From Candidatus Moraniibacteriota bacterium (GTDB lineage Bacteria > Patescibacteriota > Minisyncoccia > Moranbacterales > UBA1568), in contig JAYTWI010000021.1 in NCBI GenBank assembly GCA_043743535.1, positions 1 through 24,000 on the forward strand: a DNA stretch of 24,000 bases, written 5' to 3'. How positions within the stretch are numbered: position 1 is the first letter of the stretch; every line of letters begins with the position of its first letter. This document shows, piece by piece, positions 1 through 8,421 of this stretch. The translations under genes were made by a program, and so were the position numbers. Below the pieces are notes generated by a model that was not told where the DNA came from, did not search any database, and was given only the letters and a program-made list of their open reading frames with translations.

Positions 1-2
1 GT

Positions 3-302
3 GACTGGGGTAAGCATGTGCCGCTCACCCCCTCTGGGGAAGATTGTTTCAATTATTGGGGGTATAAGGGGGCTGGCACTCGTGGCACGGCGATGGGGCA
101 TGGTTGCTTTGGTAGCCCGGAAGAAGCGGTGATAGCTGTGGGCAATCGTTTGACCGAGTTGGTGGCAATCCGTCAGGGGAGTGATCCTTCCAGTATGATT
201 ATTTGGAAATGTGGTTCGAGCTGTGCTACCCATAGTAAGGAAAGCGTGCGCAAGTGGATAAGTGACGTCGATATCTATTATCAAAAAATCGCTCAACAGT
301 AA
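3..302 (+). CDS. hypothetical Cys-rich protein, C-terminal part (5' end outside window)
   Basis: The frame is open from nt 3 (DWGKHV-PLTPSGEDCFNYWGYKG...) with no in-frame stop before the window edge. The track ORF 18..302 would need a GTG start. No family recognised. There is only a vague NxWGxKG...F.SPEEA resemblance to glucosaminidase-type wall hydrolases. Confidence 0.4.
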   Translation, partial: DWGKHVPLTPSGEDCFNYWGYKGAGTRGTAMGHGCFGSPEEAVIAVGNRLTELVAIRQGSDPSSMIIWKCGSSCATHSKESVRKWISDVDIYYQKIAQQ

Positions 303-367
303 ACTGACTCAAAGAACCAGAAGAAGAAACAGGTATTACGGGCGCCGAACTTGTCAGCTCCATTCCT

Positions 368-619
368 TTGGATATCTATCTCTTTGACTATCCGAAAGAA
401 GTGTTCGGTTATCGAAAAAGTATTTATAATCTTTGTTTCCTTGCTTTCTTACCAGCGGGACAAGAACCGAAAATAATGGAGCCTGAGAAGTGTAAAGAAA
501 TGCGTTTGGCTACTCCCGAAGAGGCTTTGACAATGATTGAGACGATACACCATGAAGGAACGGCCAGGCTGATCCAAAAATGGCAGTCTTTAGCAAAGAA
601 AAAAGAAGCAATGGCGTAG
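368..619 (+). CDS. hypothetical small protein (start uncertain: TTG 368 or ATG 476)
   Basis: Track ORF of 83 aa with no recognisable motif and no clear RBS. It is listed only because it is the sole sense ORF in this gap. Confidence 0.2.
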   Translation: MDIYLFDYPKEVFGYRKSIYNLCFLAFLPAGQEPKIMEPEKCKEMRLATPEEALTMIETIHHEGTARLIQKWQSLAKKKEAMA

Positions 620-917
620 CAATGCTTCTTTCGAAGTTCAATCTTTCTGGGCCAGGACCCAGAGGTGGCTCTCGGCGCTGCCGAAGTCTTTCTCGTTTTC
701 GGCAATCATCCAATTTATTTTAGTGAAACCAGAACGGAATTACTTTGATTTTATTTTGTAGCGCTATCCCGCAAAAATTCAAAAAAATCTGTGCGGATTC
801 CTCCTCAGACCCCACCCTCCGCGCGGACAAAATTCAAAAAAAATTAGTCTCGGTTTTGCGAAAACTATTTTCTAGGGATTTAGATTTTTGAAAAATCGAT
901 CCCGAATAGTTCTTTAT

Positions 918-957
918 AAAAAGAAAAAGTGGTGGTACGAGCGAGTCGTACCACCAC
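918..957 (-). terminator. rho-independent terminator of the MOSC gene
   Basis: Perfect 12-bp stem GTGGTGGTACGA/TCGTACCACCAC (929-940 / 946-957) with a 5-nt loop. On the minus strand it is followed by U5CU5 (plus-strand aaaaagaaaaa, 918-928). It starts 14 nt after the MOSC stop codon. Confidence 0.8.
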
Positions 958-971
958 CTGTCGAGCAACCC

Positions 972-1589
972 CTACTCGGGGTTGTAGATTCGCTGACGTG
1001 GAATTTTCGCGATGACTGTGTCGCCCGCGTGGATGTTGCCGGAGGCATAAATGCTCCCGACGATTCCACGCTTGCCGATGGCCGCCTTAGGGAAGAGACC
1101 CACGAGTCCAGAGATGTCCGGAAATTTCTCTTGGATCGCTTCACCCGGTCCTTGGCACGGCATGTTTTCCGACCACACCACCAGCACGGCTGTTCGGAGC
1201 TGCCTCTCGTCTTTGCAAAAGAACAACATCGTTCCGGTGGGAAGCTCGGTAAGCTTCGGGATGCCATTCAAGACCAAATTCTCGCCGAGGCAGCCGTGCG
1301 GAATTGGATTCGGAAGACCCATCGCTTGCGCGACTTTCGCGAGTTCCTCAATGGAAACAGCGGAAAACTCCCGATGGTTGGCAATCTCGATACCCTTGAG
1401 AAATCCAAAAGAGAGAAGTTCTTTCTCGCGGACGTCCGCGAGCCGTACCCCAGCGTGATTGTCGCCCCTGACGCCATGTCCGCGAATCAGTTGAATCTTC
1501 GGGACTGACATCGAAAGGATTGAGCCAAAGCTAGCCGCCACAAGGACAGCTTCGACTCGTCCTCTTAGTTCGAAAGCTGACTTTATCAT
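972..1589 (-). CDS. MOSC domain-containing protein (YiiM-like)
   Basis: Translation contains GHGVRGDNHAG, GENLVLNG and the conserved-Cys stretch NMPCQGPG, typical of MOSC domains. Start moved from track 1646 to ATG 1589, which sits 5 nt downstream of a perfect AGGAGG (plus-strand cctcct, 1595-1600). Hand counts show it is clearly GC-richer than its neighbours. Confidence 0.8.
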   Translation of the reverse strand: MIKSAFELRGRVEAVLVAASFGSILSMSVPKIQLIRGHGVRGDNHAGVRLADVREKELLSFGFLKGIEIANHREFSAVSIEELAKVAQAMGLPNPIPHGCLGENLVLNGIPKLTELPTGTMLFFCKDERQLRTAVLVVWSENMPCQGPGEAIQEKFPDISGLVGLFPKAAIGKRGIVGSIYASGNIHAGDTVIAKIPRQRIYNPE

Positions 1590-1631
1590 TTGATCCTCCT
1601 CGGTCGTGAATTGTTGGAACGAACCGATAGT

Positions 1632-1660
1632 AGTATAACTTGACAATATTAGTAAGTCAA
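1632..1660 (-). promoter_or_regulatory. sigma70-like promoter for the MOSC gene
   Basis: On the minus strand: TTGACT (plus 1655-1660), a 17-nt spacer, then TATACT (plus 1632-1637). It lies about 40 nt upstream of ATG 1589. Confidence 0.5.
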
Positions 1661-1865
1661 ACGAAAACAGGAACCCTTTTGAGTCTCTGCTTTCAAAAAA
1701 TCCTTATGAAAAAATTTCTTTTGCCTTTACAAAATATGGTTCGAGCCGATTTGTTCTCAGGTTCTTTGGTAGTTTTGGGTGTGCGCGGCGAGGACAGAAT
1801 TCCGTTTGAGCTATTTCAAGAATACACTGTCAAAATTGAAAATTGGAATCGGAAGAAAAAATGAA

Positions 1866-2254
1866 GAGGCTGGTTTTGAGATTGAGACTGTTTATGGTGA
1901 CTGTGATAGGAGCCTTTTCTTGGCAAATACTCTCGAACTAATCCATTCATATTCTCTACCCCTCCTTTTTGCCAAGAAGCATACGTATCACAGAAGTAGG
2001 AAGGTATTCCGAGAAACTTCCTTGTCTCCTGATGTAAGACATTTTCTGTTCCATTGTCTCGCGTGATGCTTCTACGAAGAAACGGGGGTAGGAGAGAAAG
2101 AGGTTTCTGAACCCTTCTTGGTTGTCGGTCTTTCTGTTGATGACTGAGTAGTCTCTTCCTAACTTTTCTGGGTAATCCAGGTCTTTTTCTTCTTCATACG
2201 TAGGTAGAGTTCAATACGTTCTCGTTCAAGAAAAGTCACTCGCTGTACAGGCAT
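1866..2254 (-). pseudogene. IS30-family transposase remnant (frameshifted, large internal deletion)
   Basis: Minus-strand pieces lie in three different frames. MPVQRVTFLERERIELYLRMKKKKTWITQKS* starts at 2254. LGRDYSVINRKTDN resembles the IS30 HTH LGRSxSTISRExxRN. ITRDNGTENVLHQETRKFLGIPSYFCDTYASWQKGGVENMNGLVREYLPRKG matches the DDE-domain end pattern IT.DNG.EF....YF..PY.SW.RG..EN.NGL.R.Y.PK. Only about 390 bp remain of a gene that is normally about 1 kb. Confidence 0.7.
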
Positions 2255-2452
2255 ATCTTTTTTGGCTTAGATGGGTTATGTACCATCCTACTCCAGAAAA
2301 GGGGCAATGGGTTTAGAATTCACCGAGTTTTTTGTTATACAGACGGCCGCGGCCTTTTCGGGTATAATGAAAGAGTGAATTTTCGAGTCTCTTGATGGTG
2401 TTTTTTGCAGCCTTCACTTATATATTGACAGTGATACGCTAACAGCTATTCT

Positions 2453-3388
2453 ATGACGTGGGTTTTGGTGGCGCTTCTCGGATATTTTTTCAATGCCGTT
2501 TCAGCGCTTTTTGATAAATTTCTTTTGTCTGATCGAATAGGAGCACCAGTCGTCTATGCTTTTTTCGTCTCCCTTTTCAGTCTGTTTGCACTTTTTTTTA
2601 TTCCGTTTGGTTTTCATTTTGGCGACTTTCGAAACTCGGGTCTCTTGGTGTTTTCCGGGATGCTTTTTATTTATGGGCTGGTGGCATTTTACTACGCGGT
2701 CAAAAACCACGAGGTTTCCCGGGTGGCACCGCTTCTCGGAACAGTAGTATCGCTCGTGGGCTTTGGGGCGGCATTTCTTCCGGGAAATATTGATGGCAAC
2801 ACGCTCAGCGTTTGGTCATTTTTGGCACTGGTTTTTCTCATCATTGGTGGTCTACTCATCTCTTTTGATTTACCATTGCGCAAAGGTGAAACGATTTCCA
2901 AACTCGTCTTGATCGCTGGCCTTTTCATCGGAGTTTCTGCTGTTTTATTGAAATATGGTTACGGGCAAACCAATTTCGTGAGTGGTGTGGTATGGCAGCG
3001 TTTCGGGATGTTTTTGGGGGGCTGTAGTCTCCTCCTCACACCCTCTTTTCGTCAGCAGATTTTTGACCAGTTGGCACATTTTTCTCAAAAGCCAGCCCGC
3101 GCCAGGAGTACGGGCTTGTTCTTTGTGCTCAATAAGGTATGTGCTGGAGTGGCAGCTTTTCTCATTTCTTACGCCACTTTCCACGGCTCTGTTTCCTTTG
3201 TCCAGGCTTTAGCCGGTATGCAGTATGTTTTCATTCTCCTCTTGGCCTTTCCTCTCGTGCGGTTGTATCCGGATATCTATCAGGAGAAGCTCTCCTTGTT
3301 TGACTGGTTACAAAAAGCCGGGGCGGTGGTGCTCATTGGAATCGGGCTGTGGCTTATGACTACTCATGGTATTAAAATACTTTTATGA
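2453..3388 (+). CDS. polytopic membrane protein, EamA/DMT-like
   Basis: 311 aa that are almost entirely hydrophobic helices (about 10 TM segments), arranged as two similar halves like drug/metabolite transporter proteins. The stop overlaps the next start (ATGA at 3385-3388). Confidence 0.55.
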   Translation: MTWVLVALLGYFFNAVSALFDKFLLSDRIGAPVVYAFFVSLFSLFALFFIPFGFHFGDFRNSGLLVFSGMLFIYGLVAFYYAVKNHEVSRVAPLLGTVVSLVGFGAAFLPGNIDGNTLSVWSFLALVFLIIGGLLISFDLPLRKGETISKLVLIAGLFIGVSAVLLKYGYGQTNFVSGVVWQRFGMFLGGCSLLLTPSFRQQIFDQLAHFSQKPARARSTGLFFVLNKVCAGVAAFLISYATFHGSVSFVQALAGMQYVFILLLAFPLVRLYPDIYQEKLSLFDWLQKAGAVVLIGIGLWLMTTHGIKILL

Positions 3389-4419
3389 TGAAGATGTATA
3401 CTTTTTTGAAAAAATTTTTCAAGTGGCTAGGGTACTCCCTTTTGGGGGTTTTAGGTCTCGTACTTCTTCTTTTTGGGTATTTTAATCTGCCAGGGCCAAC
3501 GCCGCGAGAAGACGTGTCTTTGGGGATGACTTTTTCCTCCCGTTACGCTACGGGGCTTGGGCTTGATTGGAAGGAAACCTATCTCGCGTTACTCGATGAT
3601 GTCGGCGTTAAAAAAATGCGCCTGCCAGTCTATTGGGACCTCGTAGAAAAAGACAAGGGAACCTATGATTATGCTGATGTAGATTGGCAAGTGGCTGAGG
3701 CGCACAAGCGTGGGGTGGACGTCATTTTGACGGTCGGCCTGAAGGTGCCACGTTGGCCAGAATGCCATATTCCGAATTGGGCTAATGAGAATGAAACCGT
3801 GCGTCGTAAGGGTATACTTCATTTTATTATAGAGACGGTAAAGCGGTATCAAAATGATCCGACGGTCAGTACCTGGCAGGTGGAGAATGAGCCCTTTCTC
3901 CCCTTTGGTATTTGTCCGGCTTTCGATGTTTCTCTTCTCGAACAAGAAGTGGCACTGGTGAAAGCGATGGATCCTACTCGGCCAGTTTTGCTGACAGACA
4001 GCGGCGAGCTTTCGCTGTGGTTGGGGGCTGCCAGTCGGGGTGACAAATTTGGGACGACGCTTTATCGTGATATTTATAGCAAAAAAGTGGGCGGTTATTT
4101 CACCTATCCGATTGGGCCGAATTTTTTCCGCTTCAAGGCTTGGCTGGTGAGAACTTTTACTCATCAGAATAATTTGATAGTGATTGAACTTCAGGCTGAA
4201 CCGTGGGCTAGCGGTTGGGTGGTGGACGTGCCACTTCTGGAACAATTTAAGACCATGAATGAAAACAAATTGCGCGACAATGTCCGTTATGCCAAGCAAG
4301 TGGGCTTTTCAGAAGTGTATTTGTGGGGTGGAGAGTGGTGGTATTGGATGAAGACTAAAAAGGATTATCCGGCCGTCTGGGAGGCGGGCAAAGAATTATT
4401 TCACGAACATGCACAGTAA
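3385..4419 (+). CDS. membrane-anchored glycoside hydrolase, clan GH-A (GH5/GH42-like TIM barrel)
   Basis: N-terminal TM helix (WLGYSLLGVLGLVLLLFGYF), then MRLPVYWDLVE...GVDVILTVG...WQVENEPF, where NEP is the catalytic acid/base motif of clan GH-A enzymes. Translationally coupled to the upstream membrane protein. Confidence 0.6.
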   Translation: MMKMYTFLKKFFKWLGYSLLGVLGLVLLLFGYFNLPGPTPREDVSLGMTFSSRYATGLGLDWKETYLALLDDVGVKKMRLPVYWDLVEKDKGTYDYADVDWQVAEAHKRGVDVILTVGLKVPRWPECHIPNWANENETVRRKGILHFIIETVKRYQNDPTVSTWQVENEPFLPFGICPAFDVSLLEQEVALVKAMDPTRPVLLTDSGELSLWLGAASRGDKFGTTLYRDIYSKKVGGYFTYPIGPNFFRFKAWLVRTFTHQNNLIVIELQAEPWASGWVVDVPLLEQFKTMNENKLRDNVRYAKQVGFSEVYLWGGEWWYWMKTKKDYPAVWEAGKELFHEHAQ

Positions 4420-4933
4420 GAGTCCGCCGTCCTTTATCTTGATCCTCCACAATATTCGCAGTGCCCACAACGTGGGGGCGATGTTCCGCACCGCCGATGG
4501 AGCAGGAGTGGCAGAAATTATCCTTTCGGGGTATACGCCAGTGCCGGCAAAAAAGGGCGCCCTCTATCTGACTGATGCTGATAAGGCTCTCCATAAGACG
4601 GCTCTGGGAGCTGAGTATATGGTGCCGTGGCGGAAGGTGGCTACGCCGGGACGGACGCTTACTCTTTTGAAGAAGTCAGGCTTTACGGTGGTAGCGCTCG
4701 AGCAGATGAAGGGAAGTGTTCCTTATCAGCAATACAAATCCAAAGGGCCCGTAGCACTTATTGTGGGGAACGAAGTAAGAGGGATTGATCAGAAAATTCT
4801 TAAGCAGTGTGACACGGTGCTCGAAATTCCGATGCGTGGTGCTAAGAACTCTCTCAATGTTTCGGTAGCTTGTGGCATTGCGCTCTATCAGATTACCGCT
4901 ACAATGAGAGAGGGTGGAATAAAAAATTCTTGA
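4409..4933 (+). CDS. SpoU/TrmH-family RNA 2'-O-methyltransferase
   Basis: Contains LILHNIRSAHNVGAMFRTADGAG, LIVGNEVRGI and EIPMRGAKNSLNVSVACGIALYQI, the three SPOUT motifs. Overlaps the GH gene end by 11 nt. Confidence 0.85.
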   Translation: MHSKSPPSFILILHNIRSAHNVGAMFRTADGAGVAEIILSGYTPVPAKKGALYLTDADKALHKTALGAEYMVPWRKVATPGRTLTLLKKSGFTVVALEQMKGSVPYQQYKSKGPVALIVGNEVRGIDQKILKQCDTVLEIPMRGAKNSLNVSVACGIALYQITATMREGGIKNS

Positions 4934-5667
4934 TGACAATAATGATCAAACGAAAAGAAAAACTAGCTATCTTCGACATCGACGGCACAATTTTTCGCAA
5001 GAATCTACACTTCGAATTGATTAATGAACTGTCTTGGATGAAGGTGTTTCCAGCCGTGGCACGTAATGAATTGGTCAAGATCTACACCAACTGGCTCGAG
5101 CACGAAGGCACCTACGAAGACTATCGCCAGGCTTTGGTCGCCCTCTATTCAGAACATATCAAGGGCTGCCCACAGTCCGAAGTTATCCGTGCGAGCAAAC
5201 TCCTCATACCTTTTCACGCCAAGCGCACCTACATCTTTGCTGAGCGGCTGATAAAGAAATTACGGGCGGAGAATTACCGGATGCTGGTCATTTCCGGTTC
5301 GCCCTTGGAAGTGGTGGAAGAGTATAATCGTCAGTACCTCAATTTTGATGCGGTCTTTGGGAGCATTTACGAAGTTGACAGTCATGGTTTGTACACGGGC
5401 GTGGCCTCTTTCGAACCCTCTAAGAATAAAGGACATTTGGTGGAACAGTACCTCTATGAACATAAGCTATCACTTGCTGAATCATATGGAATTGGTGATA
5501 CTGAGAGTGATAGCAGTTTTCTCAAGTTGGTGGAGCATCCCATTGCCTTCAATCCCAATATGAACCTGAAAGACGAGGCGCAGAAAAACGGCTGGCGGAT
5601 TATCGTGGAAAAAAAGGATGTGATTTATGAAATGACCGATACCTATCTTAATGAACCGATACTATGA
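4933..5667 (+). CDS. HAD-IB superfamily hydrolase (phosphoserine-phosphatase-like)
   Basis: Motif I FDIDGTIF (DxDxT), then SGS and GDTESD. Start moved from track 4870 to ATG 4933, which overlaps the SpoU stop (TGATG). Confidence 0.8.
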   Translation: MTIMIKRKEKLAIFDIDGTIFRKNLHFELINELSWMKVFPAVARNELVKIYTNWLEHEGTYEDYRQALVALYSEHIKGCPQSEVIRASKLLIPFHAKRTYIFAERLIKKLRAENYRMLVISGSPLEVVEEYNRQYLNFDAVFGSIYEVDSHGLYTGVASFEPSKNKGHLVEQYLYEHKLSLAESYGIGDTESDSSFLKLVEHPIAFNPNMNLKDEAQKNGWRIIVEKKDVIYEMTDTYLNEPIL

Positions 5668-5774
5668 ACCTTAATGCCTCGATCGACAAATTCATGCACG
5701 GGACGGCATGGTTATGGCTACCGTTTTACGCCCTCTTTCACTTGATCGAAAAGATTGGTGAGCGCAAGAAATAA
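5664..5774 (+). CDS. candidate 36-aa small membrane protein (below the ORF-track size cutoff)
   Basis: Its ATG overlaps the HAD stop as ATGA (5664-5667). Translation is MNLNASIDKFMHGTAWLWLPFYALFHLIEKIGERKK, with one hydrophobic helix and a basic tail. Confidence 0.25.
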   Translation: MNLNASIDKFMHGTAWLWLPFYALFHLIEKIGERKK

Positions 5775-5829
5775 CTTCTTCTCTTCTAGAGAACAGAAAT
5801 CCTCAAGTATTTTCTTAAGCCCTCTTCCT

Positions 5830-6234
5830 ATGTGCTTTCCGAAGCTTACCACACTACCATCGTTGTTTCTCTCTGCGACGACGCTCGTTTTTTGGCTTGG
5901 GCTCATTTTCTTTCTCTCTTCGCTCCCAGGCAATCCTACATCGTATGATCCGCCCCTCTGGTACTTTGTGGAACGCAAGAGCGCCCATATTTTTGAGTAC
6001 GGCGTGTTGATGCTCCTTACCTTGCGTTTTGTGAAAGAGTATTTTCATACTGAACGATTGGCAAAGCATCTTTTATTGGCGGCAGTATTTTCCTTAGCCT
6101 ATGGGGCAAGTGATGAATTACATCAGTTTTTCGTGCCCTACCGAGGCGCCCGCTTGACGGATATTCTGATTGACGGATTGGGGGCATTACTGATGACTAG
6201 TATCCTCTGGTTATGGGAAAAGCGTCGGGTATGA
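5830..6234 (+). CDS. VanZ-like family membrane protein
   Basis: Contains FVERKSAHIFEYGVL, AYGASDELHQFFVPYRGARLTDILIDGLGALL and TM helices. ATG 5830 is preferred over the track TTG 5755 because the protein then starts with a hydrophobic helix. Confidence 0.75.
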   Translation: MCFPKLTTLPSLFLSATTLVFWLGLIFFLSSLPGNPTSYDPPLWYFVERKSAHIFEYGVLMLLTLRFVKEYFHTERLAKHLLLAAVFSLAYGASDELHQFFVPYRGARLTDILIDGLGALLMTSILWLWEKRRV

Positions 6235-6322
6235 TGGGGCATTATTGAGCAATTTTTTGGAGAGTGTGATAAACTAATCAAAAGGTGTTTTAGTAGGATT
6301 TAATAAACGTAATAAACGTACT

Positions 6323-7177
6323 ATGGAGACAGGAGAAAAGTCGTGCTGCACAGAGGAAACGAGCGGGTTTGGGAGACGGTCTGCCACCTCAGTGGTGAAG
6401 ATTGTCGGGTTGTTAGTGTTGGGTGCAGTCTTGATAGTTGGTTTACTCAAGGACACCACCACTTTTGATAATACGGTAGTAGATGATACCATCTCCGTCA
6501 TTGGCCAGGGTAAGATGCCTATCAAGCCTGATGCGGCACTGATTAATCTAGGAGTGCTCACCATCAAAGCTGACTCACCGGAAGCGGCCATAATGCAGAC
6601 ATCAGAAAAATTGAGCAAAGTCGGCGTCGCCTTAGACGCGCTCGGTATTCCCAAGGAAAATCGTCAGATGACTGGTTACGCTGTCAGCCCACGCTATAAG
6701 GATCTAGCTTCTGCTAGTGATGGAACCAATCCTACGGCGAGCAAGCCAGCAAGCATAGATGGCTACACCTGTACCCAACAGATTACGGTGCGGGTACCCA
6801 ACATTGTCGATGACCCTGAAGCGGTGAACAAGGTGATCACGGCCGCTGCCAAAGAAGGCGTTAACCAAGTGGGCGAGGTAAAATTCATTGCGACCAATGT
6901 CGAGTCGGTCAAACAGGAAGCTCGTTTGCGAGCGGTAGCTAATGCTAAGGACAATGCCAAGAATATGGCTGATGTGGCCGGGGTGAAACTGGCGGGCATC
7001 ACTACCTGGAATGAGAGTGTTCTTTCCGAGCCTGGCCAAAACTACAATTCGAATTACTACGGATCACCTCCTCAGGGTGCCACGGTGCCGACTCCACCCT
7101 CGAGCATAGTGGTGTTACAACCCGGACAGCTCGATGTCGTCGTAGAGTTGAACGTGACGTACCGAGTGAAGAAATAA
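6323..7177 (+). CDS. SIMPL (DUF541/BP26-like) domain protein with N-terminal TM anchor
   Basis: After the TM segment: ISVIGQGKMPIKPDAALINLGV..., VESVKQEARLRAVANAKDNAKNMADVAGVKLAGI and LQPGQLDVVVELNVTYRV. This is the typical SIMPL-domain layout. Confidence 0.8.
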   Translation: METGEKSCCTEETSGFGRRSATSVVKIVGLLVLGAVLIVGLLKDTTTFDNTVVDDTISVIGQGKMPIKPDAALINLGVLTIKADSPEAAIMQTSEKLSKVGVALDALGIPKENRQMTGYAVSPRYKDLASASDGTNPTASKPASIDGYTCTQQITVRVPNIVDDPEAVNKVITAAAKEGVNQVGEVKFIATNVESVKQEARLRAVANAKDNAKNMADVAGVKLAGITTWNESVLSEPGQNYNSNYYGSPPQGATVPTPPSSIVVLQPGQLDVVVELNVTYRVKK

Positions 7178-7197
7178 TCGTACTTACTGAGAAACTT

Positions 7198-7224
7198 AAA
7201 AACCCGCCACCAGGGCGGGTTTTT
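7198..7224. terminator. bidirectional rho-independent terminator (SIMPL gene / rplT)
   Basis: AAAAA-CCCGCC-ACCAG-GGCGGG-TTTTT. The GC stem is 7203-7208 / 7214-7219, flanked by an A run on the left and a T run on the right. It lies between two convergent genes. Confidence 0.8.
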
Positions 7225-7249
7225 GTATGACGAGAATCCCTTTCGCTCA

Positions 7250-7594
7250 TTATCGAACCTTTTCCACGAACGTTTTGAAAGTCTCGGGATTTTCAGCAGC
7301 CATCTGTGAGAGCACCTTGCGATCGAGGGCGATATTCTTTTCACCCTGCAGAGCGATGAATGTCCGGTAAGCAATACCGTGCAAACGGAGCGCGGTGTTG
7401 AGACGGGTGATCCATAGACTGCGGAAGGTACGCTTCTTGGCACGGCGGTCGCGGTGGGCGTATTTACCGGCCTTGATGACAGCTTCTTTGGCCTTAGTAA
7501 ACAAATTTTTGCGACCCCAGCGGAAACCTTTAGCGGCTTTGAGGACGTTCTTATGGCGTTTCTTGGTCATGACGCCGCGCTTTACTCTCGTCAT
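7250..7594 (-). CDS. rplT: 50S ribosomal protein L20
   Basis: MTRVKRGVMTKKRHKNVLKAAKGFRWGRKNLFTKAKEAV...RRAKKRTFRSLWITRLNTA is unmistakable L20. It is the last gene of the infC-rpmI-rplT order. Confidence 0.97.
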   Translation of the reverse strand: MTRVKRGVMTKKRHKNVLKAAKGFRWGRKNLFTKAKEAVIKAGKYAHRDRRAKKRTFRSLWITRLNTALRLHGIAYRTFIALQGEKNIALDRKVLSQMAAENPETFKTFVEKVR

Positions 7595-7628
7595 ACGATT
7601 CTCTTATTCGGATTACTTGGGAAATACG

Positions 7629-7829
7629 TTAGATGGCGTAGGGCATGGCTTTTTGAATGTTTTTTTCTTCAGTGCGGAAAATGCCGTGATCTTTGCGCTT
7701 GGCCCTCGTGGCGGCGCCTGTATCGCGGGAATTGTAGTGGTTGTGGCCAGTGGAGCGGCGCAAGAGCTTGCCGGTACCAGTCACTTTTACTTTTTTGGAA
7801 ATAGACTTCCGGGTCTTCATCTTAGGCAT
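7629..7829 (-). CDS. rpmI: 50S ribosomal protein L35
   Basis: MPKMKTRKSISKKVKVTGTGKLLRRSTGHNH... is a typical L35 N-terminus. Its size (66 aa) and operon position also fit. Confidence 0.95.
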   Translation of the reverse strand: MPKMKTRKSISKKVKVTGTGKLLRRSTGHNHYNSRDTGAATRAKRKDHGIFRTEEKNIQKAMPYAI

Positions 7830-7853
7830 ACGATTGGCTTTATAATGGTGATG

Positions 7854-8402
7854 TTATTCTGGGACGATGAGGGCATTGAACCCCATCGGACCGCGTTTGA
7901 CTTCTTCTTCAAAGCGATGTGGAACGGTGATGCTTTTGATGAATTCTATCAGGCTCAATCTTGCTTTTTCCTGCATGGCCTTTTCGCGACCGCGCAACAC
8001 TATTTCGAATTTAACCTTATTGCCTTTGGTGAGGAATTTTTCTGCCTGAGTCTTTTTGAAGAGGAGGTCGTGACCAGCGGTGCGGAATCCGATACGGATG
8101 CCTTTGGTTTCCACTTTGCGTTGCTTGGCCTTCTGCTGCTGTTCCTGCTTGGCTTGACGGTACTGGAGCTTACCGTAGTCAGTAATCTTGCACACTGGCG
8201 GCTTGGCCAATGGGGACACTTCCACCAAGTCAGCTTCTTGTTCCTGAGCCAAGACAATGGCTGAGGCGGTGTCCATCAACCCACGGTTGCTTCCGTCTAG
8301 GTCAATAACCATCACTTGAGGAGCAAGAATCTTCTCGTTGGTACGCAGATGATCCTTCAGCTGCACTTTTGGTTTGGGGCGGTTGTGGCGTCTTCTTCTC
8401 AC
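7854..8402 (-). CDS. infC: translation initiation factor IF-3
   Basis: Contains TNEKILAPQVMVIDLDG...DLVEVSPLAKPPVCKITDYGKLQY and a C-domain KGNKVKFEIVLRGRE. The start is taken as GTG 8402 from the track. An in-frame ATA at 8412-8414 cannot be excluded, because infC often uses atypical starts. Confidence 0.92.
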   Translation of the reverse strand: MRRRRHNRPKPKVQLKDHLRTNEKILAPQVMVIDLDGSNRGLMDTASAIVLAQEQEADLVEVSPLAKPPVCKITDYGKLQYRQAKQEQQQKAKQRKVETKGIRIGFRTAGHDLLFKKTQAEKFLTKGNKVKFEIVLRGREKAMQEKARLSLIEFIKSITVPHRFEEEVKRGPMGFNALIVPE

Positions 8403-8421
8403 TTTTTTTCTTATTAAAAAA

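Noticed and set aside
888-1508. 206-aa plus-strand ORF and other ORFs overlapping the MOSC gene (914..1267 -, 1051..1458 +, 1268..1477 -)
   Set aside because: The MOSC motifs, RBS, promoter and terminator all support the 972..1589 minus frame. The others are GC-rich shadow frames.
6186-6200. Other CUGAUGA occurrences (6187-6193 plus strand, about 4158-4164 minus strand, about 11157-11163 minus strand), considered as additional hammerheads
   Set aside because: None is followed by a helix II hairpin and GAA, and none is flanked by helices I and III. All lie inside coding sequence.
6302-6319. 9-bp tandem duplication aataaacgt x2 just upstream of the SIMPL gene start
   Set aside because: It is real but too short and AT-rich to assign any function. 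It is probably slippage in the promoter or RBS region.
7395-8264. 289-aa plus-strand ORF (and 7454..7804, 7867..8049)
   Set aside because: It lies antisense to the unmistakable infC-rpmI-rplT genes. The translation is low-complexity with no motif, so it is a shadow ORF.
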